Part shown: one piece after another, positions 62,962 through 64,000 of the stretch
Layout of the letters: each line of letters starts with the position of its first letter
Numbering within the stretch: the stretch's first letter is position 1
From: Alphaproteobacteria bacterium
GTDB lineage: Bacteria; Pseudomonadota; Alphaproteobacteria; JAAXGF01
Assembly: GCA_963555825.3 (NCBI GenBank)
Contig: CAUVXB020000001.1
Location: forward strand, 1,696,001-1,760,000
Length of the DNA: 64,000 nucleotides
Reading direction: 5' to 3'
Position numbers and translations under genes: made by a program
The notes under the pieces: model-generated
What the model was told of the DNA's origin: nothing
Database searches by the model: none
What the model saw: only the letters and a program-made list of their open reading frames with translations

Positions 62962-64000
62962 ATAAGTGAAGCCAAGATCGATGATCGATGTTTGCCCAAG
63001 ACTCACTTCCGCTTTATTTTTTGCTTCCAATTTGAATGGGACAACGAACCGATCGTTAAATATATCTATGACTCTTTCCCACTGCGTACGCTGCCCAAGC
63101 GCTTCGGCTTCAAGTGCTTTGCGCCGCTTCGCCGCAGCGTCGTGCTTCGCAAACCAGTCGGAGTACAAGCCCTCGTGAACCTTGAGATAGGATTTCAGAA
63201 CATCTTGCTTTAATTTATCTGGATTGTTCATCTGCGAAAGAATTGCTTCGTCGTCTTGGAGGTACGTGCAGAACTCCCTCAATTCCGCATTTCTCTCCAG
63301 TTGCTTTTGCACGGCATCAAATTTCTTGCGAAGTGCTTCGTCAGTAAGGATTTTCTCTTTCTCTTTTTCGATTACGGCCTCAAGGTCTTTCTGATTTGTG
63401 ATTTCTTGGTTCCCGGATTCGGCGTTAAAGCTGACCGTGTGGTTTGCATCGAAAAATCCGTTGGCGGCAAGGCTCTTCGCTATTTGGCCGGCGTTGTAGT
63501 AGTCAAACGTTCCTCTTTTGAAGTATGTCGACCCGGCCAGAAGCTCGTTGTACCGCATGATATAGTTCTCAATGGCGCTCTTTAGGTCTTTCGTATTTAG
63601 GGCAGACAACACCTTGTCATTAAATACCTTATCGTACTCGAACGATGAAAATAGGTTGTCCTTTTGCTCTTCCACTTCCCTCTTTATGCGAATTAGTGCG
63701 GCATCTAACTCGACGCTAGTGGGCATGATCGCAGACGATATCTCGACCTCCATATCTTTCTTGGAGCCCGATTGAGTCTTAATTTCGCTGAGAAGCGCTG
63801 CCTTGGCCGCTTCAGTAGCACGGAGCAAGTCGTCAAATTCCTTCTTTAGTTTTGGTTCCAGAAGCAAAGTAGATGTTTGTTCCGTGAGGCCGAGCTGCTC
63901 GTCGTAAGGGGTCACCACCAGTATTCGCCTCCCGCTCACATCTTCGCCAGCCTCATCGATGATCTTCCGTACAGTTTTGCGTGTCGGGAAGATACGATCT

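Larger units (their letters stand above)
59565..64000 (-). pseudogene. SMC/ABC-type (AAA_13/RloC-like) ATPase split by three ISs (pieces 62967->64000, 61296-61319, 59565-59955)
   Basis: Pieces rejoin in frame as ...LGFTYVDGADTIEVEKTLLLKSLSMGERKALY...VIDDIADSFD...MTHN; long coiled coil; lower GC than the flanks. Confidence 0.75.

Overview
GC-rich, probably alphaproteobacterial, accessory region. By my hand tally about 47% (~30 kb) is insertion-sequence DNA (IS1380, IS66, IS21, IS256, IS3, IS6, IS630, IS1182/IS5-like, IS30, IS110/IS1111, IS4, ISKra4-like), often nested and often splitting host genes. Cargo between the ISs: a Rieske oxygenase plus D-2-hydroxyacid dehydrogenase, a broken DUF1156 methylase/DUF499 ATPase defence module, a CCAEP-tail B12 radical SAM protein, a Dpp/Opp ABC transporter with a twice-interrupted EEP hydrolase, a truncated asnB, a tRNA-fMet-targeting integrase with a RelE/HigA toxin-antitoxin pair, an IS6-bracketed block (betaine/choline-type ABC transporter, choline kinase, DeoR, livG/livF, arsR-arsI-arsI-dehalogenase-like) and a triply interrupted ABC/AAA ATPase. 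The standout is 38009-38801 (minus strand). A solitary 194-aa RAMP/Cas7-like gene is followed directly by a non-coding tract of GG(C/T)-NN pentamers. There is no CRISPR array or other cas gene, and the locus sits just inside an att site resembling the 3' end of tRNA-Sec. It is a candidate phage-derived RNA-guided system (VIPR-like), truncated by an IS66. Other notable items: two IS66 elements with translationally coupled passengers (an adenine MTase; a DUF4338/DruA-like protein), a 695-bp transposase-free mobile cassette, an IS3-like element with a 15-bp target duplication, an amber-mutant IS1380 present at two independent sites, and an IS1111 bridge-RNA region with a 42-bp tandem duplication. 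All family calls come from motif recognition by eye, not database searches.
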